A DNA stretch of 64,000 nt. It comes from Candidatus Uhrbacteria bacterium (GTDB taxonomy: Bacteria; Patescibacteriota; Patescibacteriia; GWA2-47-26). Below, one piece after another: positions 54,835 to 64,000 of the stretch. The translations under genes and the position numbers were made by a program. Each line of letters starts with the position of its first letter. The first letter of the stretch is position 1. The stretch spans positions 68,891 to 132,890 of the forward strand of contig JACPJN010000009.1 in the NCBI GenBank assembly GCA_016187515.1. Direction: 5' to 3'. A model generated the notes under the pieces. That model was not told the origin of the DNA and did not search any database. It saw nothing but the letters and a program-made list of their open reading frames with translations.

Positions 54835-57800
54835 TTACCTTAAGGGGGAGAGTACGGATTTCAAATACTTCCCGGTCCACGATCCTTTTGCGCGCGCAAC
54901 TTCCTCCGGTGTCCCGATCGCCACCACTTCCCCGCCCTTATCTCCGCCCTCTGGCCCAAGATCAATGATATAGTCGGCACACTTTATTATGTCAAGATTA
55001 TGCTCGATTACCAGCACAGTATTGCCGGCTTGCACCAGGCGTTGCAATACTTCAATCAATTTCCGCACATCTTCATAATGCAGTCCTACAGTGGGTTCGT
55101 CAAGAATATAAAGAATTCGCCCGCGGCGGCGACCTGCCAGCTCTGTACCCAATTTTACGCGCTGAGCTTCTCCGCCAGAAAGCGTGGTTGCCGATTGTCC
55201 CAGCTCAATGTATCCAAGACCAACTTCACGCAATACTTTAAGCCGATCATGGATGTGCGGAATATCGCGGAAGAAACCGTCCGCTTCCTCGATCGTCATA
55301 GATAGCACGTCAAAAATGTTCTTGCCTTTGTATAATACTTCCAGCGTTTCACGATCAAATCGTTTGCCTTTGCACACATCGCATTTTACATACACCGTTG
55401 GCAAAAAATGCATTTCAATGGCAATCAAACCATTGCCTTCGCAGTTCTCACAACGTCCCCCGCCGCGATGCGTAGACACATTAAAGCTAAACCGGCCCGG
55501 CTTGTATCCACGCATGCGTGACTCCGGAAGCGCGGCAAACAAATCGCGGATATGCGTGAACACGCCAGTGTATGTGGCGGGGTTGCTGCGCGGGGTGCGC
55601 CCTATCGGCGATTGATCTACTTCCACTACCCCATCAAGATATTCCAGGCCCAGAATTGCTTTGTGGCGCCCAGGCACATAGCGCGCCAGATTATACCGAT
55701 TAGCCAGCGCTTTGTACAAAATATCATTGACCAGCGTGCTTTTGCCGGAGCCGGACACGCCGGTAACGCACACGAAACGGCGCAATGGAATTTCCAGTGT
55801 GAGGTTTTTGAGATTATTCTCCGAGGCGCCGACAATTTTGAGACGCTCTTTTGAGTTAGTGCGCCGCGAAACAGGAAGTGGGATTGATTTTTGTCCGGAC
55901 AGGTATTGGAGGGTGAGTGACTCATAACTCCCCTTCGTAACCCCCCTATCCCCCCTTACCCTAAGGGGGGCACGTTTTCGTGTGTCCCCACTTTCAACCC
56001 CCTCCCTTAAGGTAAGGGAGGGCGGGGGTGGGTTATGCAACAACTCCTTCAACTCCCCCTCCACCACAATATGCCCGCCCGCCTTCCCCGCCCCCGGCCC
56101 TAAGTCCACAAGATAGTCAGCCGCGCGAATCGTGGCTGGATCATGCTCTACCACAATCACGGTATTGCCAAGATCACGCAGCTCCAAAAGGGTCTTGATA
56201 AGCCGCTCGTTGTCGCGCTGGTGTAAGCCGATCGTTGGCTCGTCTAGCACATACAATGTTCCGGTTAAGCGCGAGCCAAGCTGGGAAGCCAGCCGAATCC
56301 GCTGGGCCTCACCTCCGGAAAGCGTACCGGCGCGACGATCCAGCGTAAGATAATCCAGTCCAACATCCAGCATAAATTTCAACCGACTGGTTATTTCGCG
56401 CAGCACGGGGAAAGCGATTTCGAATTCGGTATCCGACAGTACGATTTCATAACTCCCCCTACCCCCTCTTACCCTAAGAGGGGGGTTTTGTTTTTCTCCT
56501 CCCCTTAAGGTAAGGGGAGGTTGGGAGGGGTTATGAGCCATGAATCCTAATTGATTGAAAAAATCGTATGCTTCCACAATATTCATTCCGGCAACTTCCA
56601 CAATACTATGTCCGCCAACCTGTACATGCAAACTTTCCTTCCGCAAACGCGCGCCTTTACAAGCTAAGCACACTTTTTCGGAAAAAAGCGACTCGGTGCC
56701 TAAACCATGACACTGCGTACACGCGCCATATGGACTGTTGAATGAAAACAGCCGCGGCTCAATTTCCGGAAATGAAAATCCATCGTCAGGGCAGGAGAAT
56801 TTACTTGACATGATGAGCTCGGAGACCCCCTCTGAATCTCCCCCTCCGAGAGGGGGAGAAACCGATTTTCCTCCCCTACCCGAGGAATCTCTCCCCCTGC
56901 CCGAGGGGGAGATAAAGAGGGGGTGGGAGGGAGGGGTGGGAGCACCTCCACCCACAAGTATTGTCACGACATCGTGTCCGTATTTCAGGGCTGTTTCAAT
57001 CGCTTCAGCCAAATGCGACCGCAGGGCTTTGTTTCCATCAATGGGCCAGCCAATTGGCACACGATCAACCACCAAATCAATCGTATGCGCCTTGTATCGC
57101 GCCAGCACAATGCGCTCTTTTAACTTTTTCAAAACGCCATTAACGCGTACTTCCGCAAATCCTTCGTTATACAAATCGTAAAGCATTTGGTGATACTCGC
57201 CTTTGCGGCCGCGAACTATTGGGGCGAGAACCGTGATAGCGTCAGTGCTCGTAACCCCTCCTGCACCTCCCCTTACCCTAAGGGGAGGAACCGATCGGTC
57301 TCCCTCCCTTAAGGTAAGGGAGGGTTGGGGTGGGTTATGAAGTCGTTCTAGCACAATGTTCACCATTTCTTCAACAGTAAGTTTTTGAATCGGCTTTCCG
57401 CACGCTACGCAATGCGGCCGCCCGACCCGCGCGAAAAGCACCCGCAGATAATCATAAATCTCGGTAATCGTCGCGACGGTGGAGCGCGGATTAGCGCTAT
57501 GCGCTTTTTGATCAATAGAAATCGCGGGCGAGAGTCCTTCAATTTCGTCCACATCCGGCTTATCCATTTGTCCTAAAAACTGCCGGGCGTAGGCGGAAAG
57601 CGACTCCACATACCGGCGCTGGCCTTCAGCAAAAATCGTATCAAATGCCAACGACGACTTTCCTGATCCGGAAAGTCCGGTAAACACAATCAGCTTATTG
57701 CGCGGCAGCGTAAGATCAATGTTTTTTAAATTATGCTCCCGCGCTCCACGGATGACTATTTGATCGCTCATATTGACATCTTCTTTTCTCTGTATTAAAC

Positions 57801-57918
57801 TCCGTATGGAGGTACACCATGGCAAAAAAGCAACGTCCTTTGCAACTCCCATCTTCAACTCCAACCTGGGTGATGTTTCTCGCGATCGCCACCGCGCTAC
57901 AACAAATGCAACTGGCAC
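54835..57918 (-). CDS. uvrA: excinuclease ABC subunit A carrying four in-frame MITE insertions (probable start 57771)
   Basis: Tandem ABC ATPase domains ([14 protein letters not shown]; [13 protein letters not shown]), zinc fingers CxxC; 1027 aa versus about 940 typical; the final codons and stop (SPLR-TAA) are supplied by a hairpin element. Confidence 0.92.
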   Translation of the reverse strand: MPVAFVVARWRSRETSPRLELKMGVAKDVAFLPWCTSIRSLIQRKEDVNMSDQIVIRGAREHNLKNIDLTLPRNKLIVFTGLSGSGKSSLAFDTIFAEGQRRYVESLSAYARQFLGQMDKPDVDEIEGLSPAISIDQKAHSANPRSTVATITEIYDYLRVLFARVGRPHCVACGKPIQKLTVEEMVNIVLERLHNPPQPSLTLREGDRSVPPLRVRGGAGGVTSTDAITVLAPIVRGRKGEYHQMLYDLYNEGFAEVRVNGVLKKLKERIVLARYKAHTIDLVVDRVPIGWPIDGNKALRSHLAEAIETALKYGHDVVTILVGGGAPTPPSHPLFISPSGRGRDSSGRGGKSVSPPLGGGDSEGVSELIMSSKFSCPDDGFSFPEIEPRLFSFNSPYGACTQCHGLGTESLFSEKVCLACKGARLRKESLHVQVGGHSIVEVAGMNIVEAYDFFNQLGFMAHNPSQPPLTLRGGEKQNPPLRVRGGRGSYEIVLSDTEFEIAFPVLREITSRLKFMLDVGLDYLTLDRRAGTLSGGEAQRIRLASQLGSRLTGTLYVLDEPTIGLHQRDNERLIKTLLELRDLGNTVIVVEHDPATIRAADYLVDLGPGAGKAGGHIVVEGELKELLHNPPPPSLTLREGVESGDTRKRAPLRVRGDRGVTKGSYESLTLQYLSGQKSIPLPVSRRTNSKERLKIVGASENNLKNLTLEIPLRRFVCVTGVSGSGKSTLVNDILYKALANRYNLARYVPGRHKAILGLEYLDGVVEVDQSPIGRTPRSNPATYTGVFTHIRDLFAALPESRMRGYKPGRFSFNVSTHRGGGRCENCEGNGLIAIEMHFLPTVYVKCDVCKGKRFDRETLEVLYKGKNIFDVLSMTIEEADGFFRDIPHIHDRLKVLREVGLGYIELGQSATTLSGGEAQRVKLGTELAGRRRGRILYILDEPTVGLHYEDVRKLIEVLQRLVQAGNTVLVIEHNLDIIKCADYIIDLGPEGGDKGGEVVAIGTPEEVARAKGSWTGKYLKSVLSPLR
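55921..56038. mobile_element. GC-rich MITE-like element (TCATAAC family) in uvrA, copy 1
   Basis: CTCATAACTCCCC...CCCCCCTTACCCTAAGGGGGG...CCCTCCCTTAAGGTAAGGGAGGGCGGGGGTGGGTTATG. Confidence 0.8.
56446..56535. mobile_element. GC-rich MITE-like element (TCATAAC family) in uvrA, copy 2
   Basis: TTCATAACTCCCCCTACCCCCTCTTACCCTAAGAGGGGGG...CCTCCCCTTAAGGTAAGGGGAGGTTGGGAGGGGTTATGAG. Confidence 0.8.
56825..56945. mobile_element. GC-rich MITE-like element (multi-hairpin, CCCCCTCTGAATCTCCCCC type) in uvrA, copy 3
   Basis: GACCCCCTCTGAATCTCCCCCTCCGAGAGGGGGAG...TCTCCCCCTGCCCGAGGGGGAGATAAAGAGGGGGTGGGAGGGAGGGGTGGGAG. Confidence 0.75.
57249..57341. mobile_element. GC-rich MITE-like element (TCGTAAC family) in uvrA, copy 4
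   Basis: GCTCGTAACCCCTCCTGCACCTCCCCTTACCCTAAGGGGAGG...TCCCTCCCTTAAGGTAAGGGAGGGTTGGGGTGGGTTATGAAG. Confidence 0.8.
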
Positions 57919-58232
57919 GCTTCAGCATGGCCACGATTGCAAAGCGTCTCCGGCCCCGTGAGCGGAAACACACTCTGCGGCATTATGCTTCGCTCAACTA
58001 TGTTCTTTTTGAGAGGGAAGTGCGAAACAGGCATGTGGTCGGTCAGATCAGTCCCGCGGTTCTGGACGCCCTGCTGACTGCGATGAGGGAAACGCTGGGC
58101 ACCTCTTGGACCATCAACCGTTTCTGGAATCTGCTGGGTAATTCGGGTGACAAAGCCCAGCGGACACTAACCAACTTGACGAGCCGCATCCTGGCGCGCG
58201 CCCGCACCCTTGCCCACGGAAAATCACAGTGA
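57819..58232 (+). CDS. hypothetical protein (137 aa), first gene of a translationally coupled pair divergent from uvrA
   Basis: SD GGAGGT 6 nt upstream of the ATG; local GC lower than surroundings; no family recognised. Confidence 0.5.
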   Translation: MAKKQRPLQLPSSTPTWVMFLAIATALQQMQLARFSMATIAKRLRPRERKHTLRHYASLNYVLFEREVRNRHVVGQISPAVLDALLTAMRETLGTSWTINRFWNLLGNSGDKAQRTLTNLTSRILARARTLAHGKSQ

Positions 58233-58429
58233 CGAAACCCCCATCTTCCGGAATCAGTCCGGAGCAAGTCCGCGCCGTGCTCGAAACACTGCAGGCGGCC
58301 GCACTTTCCCATCAAATCCAGTTTATCGCCTACTTGGTAGGTAATACATCGGGAATCAATCCCGATTTGGTAGCTACCATCGCCAGAATGGCGTCTGCAA
58401 AACTCCGTGCCAATCAAAAACCCAACTAA
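58229..58429 (+). CDS. hypothetical small protein (66 aa), GTG start overlapping the upstream stop (GTGA)
   Basis: Overlapping stop/start coupling with 57819..58232; the antisense 167-aa ORF 58043..58546 is considered less likely. Confidence 0.4.
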   Translation: MTKPPSSGISPEQVRAVLETLQAAALSHQIQFIAYLVGNTSGINPDLVATIARMASAKLRANQKPN

Positions 58430-58653
58430 CCTGGGGCAATACTCTGCCGCAAAGCTGTACTGCTCTGTTCCCCGGCCCGCTGCTGACCCGCGCTCCACCC
58501 AAGACGCGCGGATCACCAGCCGGCCGGTTTTTTTAATTTCTCCCAAAATGCAAGCGAATGCGATGCATTTTGATTGGAGAAATTAACCCGCCAGCTTGTG
58601 GGTGCCACTGAACCGAAGCGCAGCGTAGGCATGCGCGGCGCTGCGAAAGGCGG

Positions 58654-58737
58654 GTCCCCTCCCTTAGGTTAAGGGAGGGCAGGGTGGGTTACGAGCGATT
58701 CATAACTCCCCTAACCCCTCTTACCTTAAGAGGGGGA
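58654..58737. mobile_element. two abutting GC-rich element halves at the uvrB 3' end
   Basis: ...CCCTCCCTTAGGTTAAGGGAGGGCAGGGTGGGTTACGAG-CGAT-TCATAACTCCCCTAACCCCTCTTACCTTAAGAGGGGG: the end of one TCATAAC-type element is joined to the start of another. Confidence 0.75.
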
Positions 58738-60933
58738 ATTGTTTGCCGGCTTCTTGCTTTGCTTCCTTAATACTTGTATCTCGTCTCTCAAGATTGCCGC
58801 CAATTCAAACTGCAGCAAATTTGCCGCCTCGCGCATTTGTTTTTCCTTTTCGCGAATCAAGTCATCCGCGCGTCCGCCCTTCGCTTGTGTTTCAAGCTCC
58901 AGCGCTTTTTTCGCCAATTCTTCCTCTTTTCGTTTGGTCAGGCCTTCCGTAATGTCTTTGATGGCTTTTTTAATTGTGCGCGGGGTAATGCCGTGCGCTT
59001 TATTGTAAGCCATTTGCAATTTGCGCCGCCGATCGGTTTCCCGAATTGCCCGCGTGATTGAGCCGGTCATCTGGTCTGCATAAAGCACGACTTGCCCATG
59101 CACATTGCGCGCCGCGCGACCAATGGTCTGGATTAGCGAGGTTTCACTGCGCAAAAATCCTTCTTTATCCGCGTCTAAAATTGCCACGAGCGACACCTCG
59201 GGCAAATCCAGTCCTTCGCGGAGCAAGTTTACACCCACCAATACATCAAATTTACCGCGCCGAAAATCGGTGAGAATCGTAATGCGATCCAGCGTGTCCA
59301 CATCAGAATGCAAATATTGCACTTTTATTTTTAAATCGGCAAGATATTCAGTTAAATCCTCGGCCATTTTCTTGGTCAGGGTGGTTACCATCACCCGCTC
59401 ATGCCTTTTCACACGCTCCTTTACGCGCGCCATCAAATCCTCCACCTGGGATTTAGAAGCCATGGTTACGCCATGACTACGCAATGTCACGCCAGTTGGC
59501 GTCTTGTGGCGTAGTGATGGCGTTTTTGTGGCCTCTACCGCCCCAGTTATAGGGCGTACAATAATTTCTGGATCAACCAGTCCGGTCGGCCGAATAATTT
59601 GCTCCACCACGCCATTTGCTCTTTGCTCTTTGCTCTTGGCCAATTCATATGTTCCTGGCGTGGCCGAAGTATAAATCGTCTGCGGCATACGCGCCTCAAA
59701 TTCCTCAAATTTAAGCGGCCGATTATCAATCGCGCTCGGCAGGCGGAACCCATATTCGATAAGCGCCTGTTTGCGGCTGCGATCACCTTCGTACATCCCC
59801 TGGATCTGGGGAAGCGTTACGTGGGATTCGTCAATAACTAGGAGCCAATCATTAGCACGCTGTCCCCCTCCCCTAACCCCTCCCACCAAGGGAGGGGGAT
59901 TTGTTGTTCCTCCCTCTCCCCTTGTGGGAGAGGGTTGGGGTGAGGGGTAACGCGTGAAATAATCCAACAACGTCTTTGCCGGCTCTCCGGGCGCGCGGCC
60001 ATCAAAATGCCGCGAGTAATTTTCAATGCCATGACAAAATCCAACTTGTGCAATCATTTCCAAATCATAACGCGTGCGCCGTTCCAGCCGCTCGGCTTCC
60101 AGCAGTTTTCCGGTTTTATTAAAATACGCTAACCGATCTTTAAGCTCGGCGCGGATGTCTTTGATGGCGCGCTTGACTTGCGGTTCATCCGCCACATAAT
60201 GTTTGGTTGGAAAAATCCACACCGAGTCCACTTTTTCACGCACTTTTCGGGTTACCGGATCAATCATAATAATCTCCCCGACTTCCTGCGCGCTTAAATC
60301 CACGCGATAAATCATATCGTGATTGGAAGGCATGACTTCAAAAGTTTGTCCCCTCATCCTAAACATTCCACGTTTTACTTCAGCATTCGTACGCGCATAT
60401 TGCATTTTGGTCAGCGTTTTCAAAATATCTACGCGCCCAATAACTTGCCCACGCGTCAATTTCATGGACATTTTCTCATACGTCTCCGGCGATCCAATGT
60501 TGTAAATGCACGAAACCGAGGCCACAATAATTACATCGCGCCGGGTAAGTAGCGCTTGTGTTGCCGCGTGCCGCAACCGATCAATTTCTTCATTAATCAT
60601 GGCTTCTTTTTCAATATAAGTATCCGTGCGCGGCAAATACGCCTCCGGCTGATAGTAATCGTAGTAGGACACAAAATACTCCACCGCGCTGTCCGGAAAA
60701 AACTCCCGATATTCATTGCAAAGCTGGGCCGCCAGCGTCTTGTTATGCGCAATGACTAAAGTCGGCCGCTGGACTTTTTCAATCACATTAGCAATACTGA
60801 AAGTTTTTCCACTGCCCGTAACACCAAGCAAGGTTTGATGCGCGTCGCCACGCTCAAGTCCATCCACGAGTTGCTTAATCGCCCGCGGCTGGTCACCTGC
60901 CGGCTTGAATTTACTTCTGATCCTAAATTTCAT
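58726..60933 (-). CDS. uvrB: excinuclease ABC subunit B with an in-frame element
   Basis: GDQPRAIKQLVDGL, LLGVTGSGKTF, helicase motifs, UvrB/UvrC interaction C-terminus; inserted PSPQPSPTRGEGGTTNPPPLVGGVRGGGQR. Confidence 0.92.
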   Translation of the reverse strand: MKFRIRSKFKPAGDQPRAIKQLVDGLERGDAHQTLLGVTGSGKTFSIANVIEKVQRPTLVIAHNKTLAAQLCNEYREFFPDSAVEYFVSYYDYYQPEAYLPRTDTYIEKEAMINEEIDRLRHAATQALLTRRDVIIVASVSCIYNIGSPETYEKMSMKLTRGQVIGRVDILKTLTKMQYARTNAEVKRGMFRMRGQTFEVMPSNHDMIYRVDLSAQEVGEIIMIDPVTRKVREKVDSVWIFPTKHYVADEPQVKRAIKDIRAELKDRLAYFNKTGKLLEAERLERRTRYDLEMIAQVGFCHGIENYSRHFDGRAPGEPAKTLLDYFTRYPSPQPSPTRGEGGTTNPPPLVGGVRGGGQRANDWLLVIDESHVTLPQIQGMYEGDRSRKQALIEYGFRLPSAIDNRPLKFEEFEARMPQTIYTSATPGTYELAKSKEQRANGVVEQIIRPTGLVDPEIIVRPITGAVEATKTPSLRHKTPTGVTLRSHGVTMASKSQVEDLMARVKERVKRHERVMVTTLTKKMAEDLTEYLADLKIKVQYLHSDVDTLDRITILTDFRRGKFDVLVGVNLLREGLDLPEVSLVAILDADKEGFLRSETSLIQTIGRAARNVHGQVVLYADQMTGSITRAIRETDRRRKLQMAYNKAHGITPRTIKKAIKDITEGLTKRKEEELAKKALELETQAKGGRADDLIREKEKQMREAANLLQFELAAILRDEIQVLRKQSKKPANNSPS
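59864..59952. mobile_element. GC-rich MITE-like element in frame in uvrB
   Basis: CCCCCTCCCCTAACCCCTCCCACCAAGGGAGGGGG...CCTCCCTCTCCCCTTGTGGGAGAGGGTTGGGGTGAGGGGTAACG. Confidence 0.75.
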
Positions 60934-60934
60934 A

Positions 60935-61030
60935 CTGTGTACGAATTACGAATCTTGCACGAATACTACAAATTTGATCAACTACGTATTCGTGATATTC
61001 GCAATGTTATTCGTTAATTCGTACACAAAA
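60935..61030. promoter_or_regulatory. AT-rich uvrB upstream region with nested palindromes built from CGAAT / ATTCG pentamers (candidate operator)
   Basis: GTGTACGAATTACGAATCTTGCACGAATACTAC...CTACGTATTCGTGATATTCGCAATGTTATTCGTTAATTCGTACAC: outer 17-bp inverted arms with three CGAAT and four ATTCG units. Confidence 0.5.
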
Positions 61031-61177
61031 CAAATTCCCCCCAGCGGCCTACTCCACTAGGGGTCAACTGAACAAAACAACTATACCACACGCAATAAAA
61101 AAATCAAGGGCGTCTCCTGTGCGGTCGCGTGCCGAACAAAAAACGCCCTTCCTACGCACGATACGCCGGAGGCGCGG

Positions 61178-61621
61178 CTACGCGGTGAACTTCGACAAGA
61201 TGACACCGCTTTCCACTAAGATTTGCGTAAACGAAGGATTGACCGCGAGATACGCGTCCAGCAGCTCGCGACAGCGAGGCCAGGTTTGCACGCTCATCTG
61301 AATGACGGACGCGTCCCTCTTCTGGCGGTTGTTGAGGGCTTGGCCGGTAACAACGCATGCCACAAGACCGATAAAACCGGCCCCGATCAAGGAAAGAGCG
61401 CCGACAAGCCAAGTGGGCTTCAATCCTGTGAAAATCGTTAGGCAGCAACCCAATATCAATATGGCGAACATCGCCGCCACCATACCAAACCCATTGTTCC
61501 AACCTTCACGGCGGCGCATCCGGAGGATGAGGTTGACGAGTCCCGCCACCCGCTCTCGCTCCGGCGCGGAAAGGTCATCCACGCGAACGATCGCCTGGCT
61601 TCCCAGGGTCAAATGAACCAT
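61178..61621 (-). CDS. hypothetical membrane protein
   Basis: Two central TM helices (FGMVAAMFAILILGCCLTIF; LVGALSLIGAGFIGLVACVV). Confidence 0.45.
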   Translation of the reverse strand: MVHLTLGSQAIVRVDDLSAPERERVAGLVNLILRMRRREGWNNGFGMVAAMFAILILGCCLTIFTGLKPTWLVGALSLIGAGFIGLVACVVTGQALNNRQKRDASVIQMSVQTWPRCRELLDAYLAVNPSFTQILVESGVILSKFTA

Positions 61622-61710
61622 GATTTCCTCCTTGGCAAAATTGCCAGAACCATTCCGGCAATACTTCGTTTATACATTAGGGGTTAAAAGGTGTCAAGGC
61701 AGCTGAATAA

Positions 61711-62283
61711 TCACTCAAATCGCACCGGCACCACCACTTTATCAATCTCACTCCCGTCTTGCGGCGAATTTTGAAAGACCTCCAGTACACCGGAACTGGT
61801 GCGCGGGGTGTCAAAAATAAGTTCGGCGCGATACGGGCCGTGAATTCCTAAATCCGGCGCAGTGCCGGTCACGGCCACTTTAGCGAGTTCACGGCCGCCA
61901 GCATCTTTCAGCCGCACGACTACATTCTGTTCAAAAGTCCGCTCCAATCCCTCAACCACCAGCGGGCTTGCCACCAAAGCGTTCGGTCTTGGCGCGCGCA
62001 CGGAAATATTATTACTGGCCGACCAAATCTCGTCGCTGGCGCCATCTTCAAACGTCTCCGGCAAAGGCGGCGTGGAGATGGTCAGTTCAATCGGCGCGCG
62101 AACATTGAGCGCCGTGGAAGCAACAAAACCGCTGACTAACCCAACTAGGAGTGCGGCCAGCACTCCTTTCCACCTGGTTGAACCTCTTTTGCGCGGCGCA
62201 AAGGCGCGCGAACCATAGGCCCTCATAATCATCAAAACATGATGCTCGCAAGCGCCCAAGCCCCATCCTCGTTTATCGCCCAA
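61711..62283 (-). CDS. secreted/membrane-anchored hypothetical protein (probable start about 62226)
   Basis: N-terminal TM WKGVLAALLVGLVSGFVAS followed by a domain of about 150 aa of unknown function. Confidence 0.45.
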   Translation of the reverse strand: MGDKRGWGLGACEHHVLMIMRAYGSRAFAPRKRGSTRWKGVLAALLVGLVSGFVASTALNVRAPIELTISTPPLPETFEDGASDEIWSASNNISVRAPRPNALVASPLVVEGLERTFEQNVVVRLKDAGGRELAKVAVTGTAPDLGIHGPYRAELIFDTPRTSSGVLEVFQNSPQDGSEIDKVVVPVRFE

Positions 62284-62654
62284 AGCGCGAGCATCCCGAC
62301 AAAATACAAGAATGCCAATTCCCAGCCCTGCTGAAATTTTTGCCCCCGATGCGCGGAAAGCATCACCAGGATAAAGTATCCGGCTAAGAGCAGCGCCACC
62401 GGATGAACAAACAGTCCAACAATAAGAAGTAACGAGCCCGCGAATTCAAGCAGCCCGGCCAGAAGCGCGAAAATTCTCGGAGCCGGCCATTTAAGCGAGG
62501 CGACGTAACCGGAAAACTGCGCGAAATTCTTGAACAGCTTCGGATAACCATGGCTGATCAGACCAAGGCCCAATCCGACCCGCAGAATAAATGGCGCCCA
62601 TTCACTGAAATTACCCTGTCCAGAAACGAATAAGGTGTTTAAAACTTCGGTCAT
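62232..62654 (-). CDS. DoxX family membrane protein
   Basis: 140 aa, four TM helices; FILRVGLGLGLISHGYPKLF and LLEFAGSLLLIVGLF match the DoxX family. Confidence 0.7.
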   Translation of the reverse strand: MTEVLNTLFVSGQGNFSEWAPFILRVGLGLGLISHGYPKLFKNFAQFSGYVASLKWPAPRIFALLAGLLEFAGSLLLIVGLFVHPVALLLAGYFILVMLSAHRGQKFQQGWELAFLYFVGMLALWAINEDGAWALASIMF

Positions 62655-62658
62655 AAGC

Positions 62659-63993
62659 TCACCTCCTTTGCAAATTTGATATCCGCACTCCGATTAAACG
62701 GATCAACCGCGTTTTCTTCAAATATGGAATGAGAAGCTTAAGCGCCTCCCGTTTAAGTATTGTACCATCGGCGCTAAAATGCCGCAAGGTGTACGCGGCA
62801 GTATGGGTCTCAAAATTCTCAAACCGCACCCGCATGGTAATCGTACGAAATTGCACGCTTTCCTTTCGCGCCTCATCCATCACCTCATCACACAACTCCA
62901 TAAGTGTGCGCGTCAAAAGGGCTTGGTCCCGTGTGTCAGCCGCAAACGTAGTTTCATGGCCCACGGATTTTGCCTCATATTCCTCAACCACCGGAGAATC
63001 ATCCCGGCCATGCGCGCGGTCAAACAACTCATCACTGCGCGGCAGAGACACCCTCAAGTCCCGAATGGTTTTAATCCCCTGCCGCGCGAGCTGCGCCTCG
63101 GTTTTAGGCCCAATTCCGGGCAATCGGCGCACCGGCAATGGATCTAAAAATTCCTGCACGCGCTCGGGCGTGACCACTGTCAACCCGTCCGGCTTTTTAA
63201 AATCCGAAGCAATTTTGGCAATCAATTTATTTGGTCCGATTCCAATCGAGCAAGTCAATCGTTCGCGCTTCAAAATCTCCATCTTAATCTTTCTCGCAAT
63301 CCTCTCCGCCTCCTCCAACGCATTTCCATAATTCATGATTCGTAATTCATGCTTCATCAACTCAACATACGCTTCGTCCACGGACACCTGTTCCATTGGC
63401 ACACCCCCTCTAACTCCCCCTCGAAGAGGGGGAGAAACGAAACGATTTCCCCCCCTGCCCGAGGGGGGGTGCGGGGGGGTGGGAGCGACCGCGCACTCAA
63501 CCACTTCCTTTACCACCTTCATAATCCGCTCCGACACAATCCCATACAACTTCCCATCCACCGGCAAATACGCGCACTGCGGCGCCGAGCATAATTTCCA
63601 AGCGCGAGAAATCGGCATGGCGCTATGAATTCCAAATTTCCGCGCGGCATAATTTGCCGTCGACACCACGCCGCGGCCTTGGCCTTCCTTCGGATCAGCG
63701 CCTACCACAATGGGGCACCCCTTAAGTTCCGGATGCTCCCTTTCCTCCACTGCCGCAAAAAACGCGTCCATGTCAATATGTAATATTATACGCGCCATAT
63801 ACAACAAAACCCCTTCAAACTGATTCAAAAAATCAAAAGGGCAAAGATACAAAGAGTTTAGGTTTTTGACTTGCCTGCCCCGCACCAAGCTACGCTTTGG
63901 TGCTGGGGCGGAGGCGGAAGACAAACCGGTTGACAGGATACCACCTGCTCTCTGGCTTCGCCCAGTTGCGGCGCAGCCACAACCCGTCCTCAT
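62659..63993 (-). CDS. dinB: DNA polymerase IV (Y-family) with an in-frame element (probable start 63798)
   Basis: MARIILHIDMDAFFAAVEEREHPELKGCPIVVG, SIDEAYVEL-like and GIGPKTEAQL motifs; inserted [30 protein letters not shown]. Confidence 0.9.
   Translation of the reverse strand: MRTGCGCAATGRSQRAGGILSTGLSSASAPAPKRSLVRGRQVKNLNSLYLCPFDFLNQFEGVLLYMARIILHIDMDAFFAAVEEREHPELKGCPIVVGADPKEGQGRGVVSTANYAARKFGIHSAMPISRAWKLCSAPQCAYLPVDGKLYGIVSERIMKVVKEVVECAVAPTPPHPPSGRGGNRFVSPPLRGGVRGGVPMEQVSVDEAYVELMKHELRIMNYGNALEEAERIARKIKMEILKRERLTCSIGIGPNKLIAKIASDFKKPDGLTVVTPERVQEFLDPLPVRRLPGIGPKTEAQLARQGIKTIRDLRVSLPRSDELFDRAHGRDDSPVVEEYEAKSVGHETTFAADTRDQALLTRTLMELCDEVMDEARKESVQFRTITMRVRFENFETHTAAYTLRHFSADGTILKREALKLLIPYLKKTRLIRLIGVRISNLQRR
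63403..63487. mobile_element. GC-rich MITE-like element (CTCCCACCCC family, reverse orientation) in frame in dinB
   Basis: ACACCCCCTCTAACTCCCCCTCGAAGAGGGGGAG...TTCCCCCCCTGCCCGAGGGGGGGTGCGGGGGGGTGGGAGCG. Confidence 0.8.
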
Positions 63994-64000
63994 TGCGCGC

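Noticed and set aside
58043-58546. 167-aa minus-strand ORF between uvrA and uvrB
   Set aside because: It overlaps a +strand pair with a proper SD and a GTGA stop/start overlap, and it has no SD or recognisable family, so I consider it the less likely coding frame, though this is not certain.

Overview
High-GC (~60%) bacterial window with compact, mostly minus-strand gene organisation and many tiny ORFs; the gene content (stand-alone GxxExxY protein, short UvrC, fragmented mraZ-rsmH-ftsL cluster) is compatible with a reduced-genome lineage such as CPR, but I cannot confirm the taxon. Recognisable housekeeping genes: murC, glyA-folD, dnaB, recR, rplU, a sigma-70 family factor, nadD, prs, a WecA/MraY-family transferase, a ClpC/ClpB-like ATPase, an ABC-F ATPase, tgt, higBA, ftsL-rsmH-mraZ, an ECF sigma/anti-sigma pair, uvrC, uvrA, uvrB, a DoxX membrane protein, dinB, one tRNA-Ile(GAU) and a candidate RNase P RNA. 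Three things stand out. (1) A graspetide (microviridin-like) RiPP cluster at about 11.2-15.1 kb: an MdnC/MvdD-family ATP-grasp ligase followed by two paralogous precursor peptides with a PFxxHFxE leader motif (compare the microviridin PFFARFL leader) and Thr/Ser plus Asp/Glu-rich cores, two small Cys-rich zinc-ribbon-like peptides, and two paralogous TrmB-like HTH regulators. (2) A very abundant superfamily of 45-135 bp GC-rich palindromic MITE-like elements with terminal inverted repeats TCATAACYCCCC...GGGGTGRGTTATGA or CTCCCACCCC...GGGGGTGGGAG and C5/G5-stem hairpin modules, at least 20 copies in 64 kb. Most are inserted in frame in essential genes (murC, folD, recR, clpC-like, tgt, rsmH, uvrA four times, uvrB, uvrC, dinB), where they are read through as Pro/Gly/Arg/Ser-rich loops such as [25 protein letters not shown]; this is analogous to Rickettsia palindromic elements. 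Two further small in-frame insertion repeats occur in two genes each: a 34-nt GTGAACTG repeat (murC, uvrC) and an AT-rich ATTTCTAATTTCGAAT repeat (tgt, rsmH). (3) A dense set of noncoding features: 9-bp tandem arrays with an inverted tail at two loci, a reused intrinsic-terminator cassette, a MITE-like foldback with CRISPR-repeat-like hairpins, and a conserved 28-bp palindromic motif upstream of two operons. The region about 20.5-32 kb is a cluster of lipoproteins and Cys-rich secreted proteins with MopE-like metal-binding repeats downstream of tRNA-Ile. Coordinates for non-ORF features were counted by eye and are approximate (a few bp).
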